A stretch of DNA of 64,000 bases from Diadema antillarum. Lineage: Eukaryota. The DNA lies in NCBI RefSeq assembly GCF_040938485.1, contig NW_027271554.1:1612001-1676000 (forward strand), given 5' to 3'. The notes under the pieces were generated by a model. The model searched no databases. It saw nothing but the letters and a program-made list of their open reading frames with translations, and was not told the DNA's origin. Positions 61,350 to 64,000 of the stretch are shown in pieces (positions within the stretch are counted from its first letter, which is position 1; each line of letters begins with the position of its first letter). The position numbers and the translations under genes were made by a program.

Positions 61350-63119
61350 GTGAGTCAATTTATAAATTTACTTGAATTAACCTAGCCTGTCGAGCTGTCA
61401 TCAACGGTCATTCATTCATGTATTTATAAATAGCCATTGCTATTTAATTAGCATTGGCTGCATTGTAAATTACAGTAAAGCTTTAGTTAAAAAGCAGCTT
61501 GCAGGTGAATAGAAAGAGAGTCTTTCTGACTAGTGAGTAGATCTAGAGACTAGAGTCTATACTAAGTTAGACGAAAAGATCAGCAATGAACAGCAGTTCT
61601 GTGCCTGTAGTGTAAACATGGTAAAACTATAATTAGACTCTAGGTCTAGACCTATTCCTTTTATACCATGCCCATGGATGTGTTGTGTGGTTGTGGAACC
61701 GTTGAAGACGGCAAGTCATGAATGGGCTAGATCTATGTTGCCATCTAAACACTCGGCAACCCACCAGCAACTCGGTGACCAGTCTCAGAGTCCGTGCAAT
61801 GACAAGGTCAGATTTTGGGGTGAATCAGAGACAGAGTCTGAGAGTTTAAATTACCTGCAGACAGTCACGAATAGCGCAAATCACTCTGAAAAGATACCAA
61901 TCACCATAGAATTAGAATGCGCTTGGCCTTGGCAATATGATCAGTGATTCTGCCTTGTTCAGGTGTCGACGATTCATTTGTTTACATGTGTTTTCTTCTG
62001 TCTGTGCTTTGATGTAAATGGAGGGCCGCTCGAGGCGGGGCCAAAAATTGGTAAACATTTGTGTTCACACCAAATGGAGAGCTGCTCAACACCTAGATTA
62101 CACAGAGTTGCCAATTTGCAATACTTTCTAAACCTTTCAGGAATTCATTATTTTTGATGTGCCTGATTTTTCCCAAAATTTTCATGGATCTACAAATCAT
62201 GTACTTCTCTGATTTTCCATTTTCATTTTATGTAAAGCAACTTATACTCTGTGCATTTTGCACTTCTTTTGGGCTAGCACAAATTCCAAATCCAGCAAAA
62301 ATATCTTCACAATTTTCTCTGCACACTTTGAATGGGTTGACAATTGCTCAGCATGAATTCAAGAATCTGCAAATATGTTTTTGAGTCCCTCAGTGCGAAA
62401 AAATTAATCGCGCATAAATATTGATGCTCAAAGTACCAGAATGAAGTCCCTTTAATTTCTTTTTGACAGAGTCCATATACATGATACTAGATTCAACAAT
62501 GAATACTTACTGTTGGCACAGAAAATATCTTCACTGGCCTTAAAAACCAGCTGCTGGCCTTAGCTGAGACAGGGAGCTTTGTGAGCTAGGGTTTCATTAT
62601 CAAATATTCAGGGATTGGTATCTGCAAGCACAGCAGTCAAGGCTGATACTGACATCAAAGGTAGATATTGAATTACTGTACGTGCCTGCAGATCAAGACT
62701 GCAGTGTAAACGTACATGTACGCTTTCATCATTTTGATAGGATTCAAGGAAGTCATTCTTCATTCCTCCTATATGTTTGTGGGTGATTTGTTTTAAAACT
62801 CTTTCTGCCCCTCCCTAGATTCATTCAAGGACCTCCGGAGTGGAGTCAAAATGTCAAATTAAATACTGCTAAATTGCAGTCAACTTGTCTTTGTAGCAAC
62901 CACCTGTATGTTGAGAACCCTAGCATGAAATGTAATCATCTGTTACATAATGTTATTCATATCATTAATGTCCATATTTGATCTCATTCATTTTCTGTCT
63001 GCTCTCCATGTAGATGAGTTCAAGGAACTTCTTGGACAGGATATTCCCTACAAGGATAATGGATTTCCTAGCCTGGAGGCTTATCTGAGGTCAATGCCAA
63101 AGGTCGTGTCCATCAGAAG
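61259..63119 (+). CDS. TDRD7: Tudor domain-containing protein 7-like (Tapas), N-terminal LOTUS/OST-HTH domain; partial, gene continues beyond the window
   Basis: Exons 61259-61349 (donor GTGAGT) and 63014-63119 splice to MAEQKESFIEKVLRSVLISSKGGVPLQKLNNEFKELLGQDIPYKDNGFPSLEAYLRSMPKVVSIR. This closely resembles the TDRD7 first LOTUS domain (GFPTLEAYLRSVPAVV) and is less like TDRD5. Confidence 0.85.
63014..63119 (+). CDS. TDRD7: TDRD7 coding exon 2
   Basis: EFKELLGQDIPYKDNGFPSLEAYLRSMPKVVSIR; TAG acceptor, GT donor, phase 1 matches exon 1. Confidence 0.87.
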
Positions 63120-64000
63120 GTTTGTAGGATTGCTTTTGTTCAGTACAGTGAAAAATGGTGTTGTTTTTTCAGTGTTCATTGCTCTTTAAAAGTACGTGGT
63201 GGCGGCAAATTGATGGCCATTTTTTTTTTTTTTTAATGTGACATATCTATGCACTACTTTTGGAGATAGTGACATAAGAAATTCTGTAAAATTTCAGTAT
63301 TCCATTGTTACTGTTTGATTATAGATCATGACAAATCTGAATATGAATGGGGTGAAAGGAAGAATGGCATTAGTAGACAAAATAAATGAAATGCAACATA
63401 TTTCTAAAATGCAACATATTAGATACACTTGGTTTGCGGTTCACCATGTATAGTCCTTAGAAGGACTGTTGGAATGACAGGAGAAAGATAGAAAGAAAGG
63501 TCGGATGAGAGGTGAGAAATTGAGTAGGAGTGGGCAAGTCCAAGCTATTTGATCACACAAGACTGAAAATTCAAAATGGGTCAATCTCCATAAACTTGGT
63601 ATCATTTTAATGCTAAGAAGTTAAAATACATGAATTTCAAAAAGAAAAAGTAAAAATCCTTCCGCATAACCAGCAATAAATTAATTAATCTGCATAAATT
63701 AAAATTTAGAGTAACGCGTGGGACATTCAAAAATTCTGTATTTTAAAATATATCTTTTGATTTTTACAAGTTTTTATGAAAATAAGTATGGTGACCTTAA
63801 GTCTGACTAACAAGTTATCATGACTGATTTCCAGTTTCTCAACTGATTAAATATATGCAAATGAGGGATGGGCCAAAATTAGCATGTCCCACGCGTTACT
63901 TTTTTAGGTCATTATTTCTCATTTGCATAAAAGTTAATGATTTAATTGACTTGAAACTTTCAAAAGACCAAATTCACAATGGACCTAATCATATCCAAGA

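Overview
Repeat-rich, AT-rich eukaryotic genomic DNA with spliceosomal introns and six N gaps. It is most likely an invertebrate deuterostome such as an echinoderm (inference from gene structure and transposon families). I could splice three genes by hand. (1) A complete ALDH8A1 orthologue (+, 9 coding exons, 17136-32038, 487 aa). (2) A telomere repeat-binding factor of the TERF1/TERF2 family (-, 8 visible coding exons, 60809-50225, TRFH + telobox Myb, ~374 aa unless exons are hidden in N gaps). (3) The first two coding exons (LOTUS domain) of a TDRD7-like gene (+, from 61259), head-to-head with the TRF gene with only 449 bp between the start codons. A probable first coding exon (MGGCQSS..., lipidation motif) of a fourth gene runs leftwards from 7601. 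The remainder holds many MITEs (piggyBac-, Harbinger-, hAT-, Tc1/mariner- and Kolobok-like), Helentron-type non-autonomous elements, L2/CR1 3' fragments, a truncated Gmr1-like Gypsy element, an orphan SET-domain exon and a 33-bp CCAAT-box minisatellite just downstream of the TRF gene. All family assignments come from motif recognition without database searches. I found no clearly new biological system. The best candidates for follow-up are the TRF/TDRD7 shared promoter, the CCAAT array with a possible Myb-less TRF isoform, and the SET exon/Gmr1 junction.
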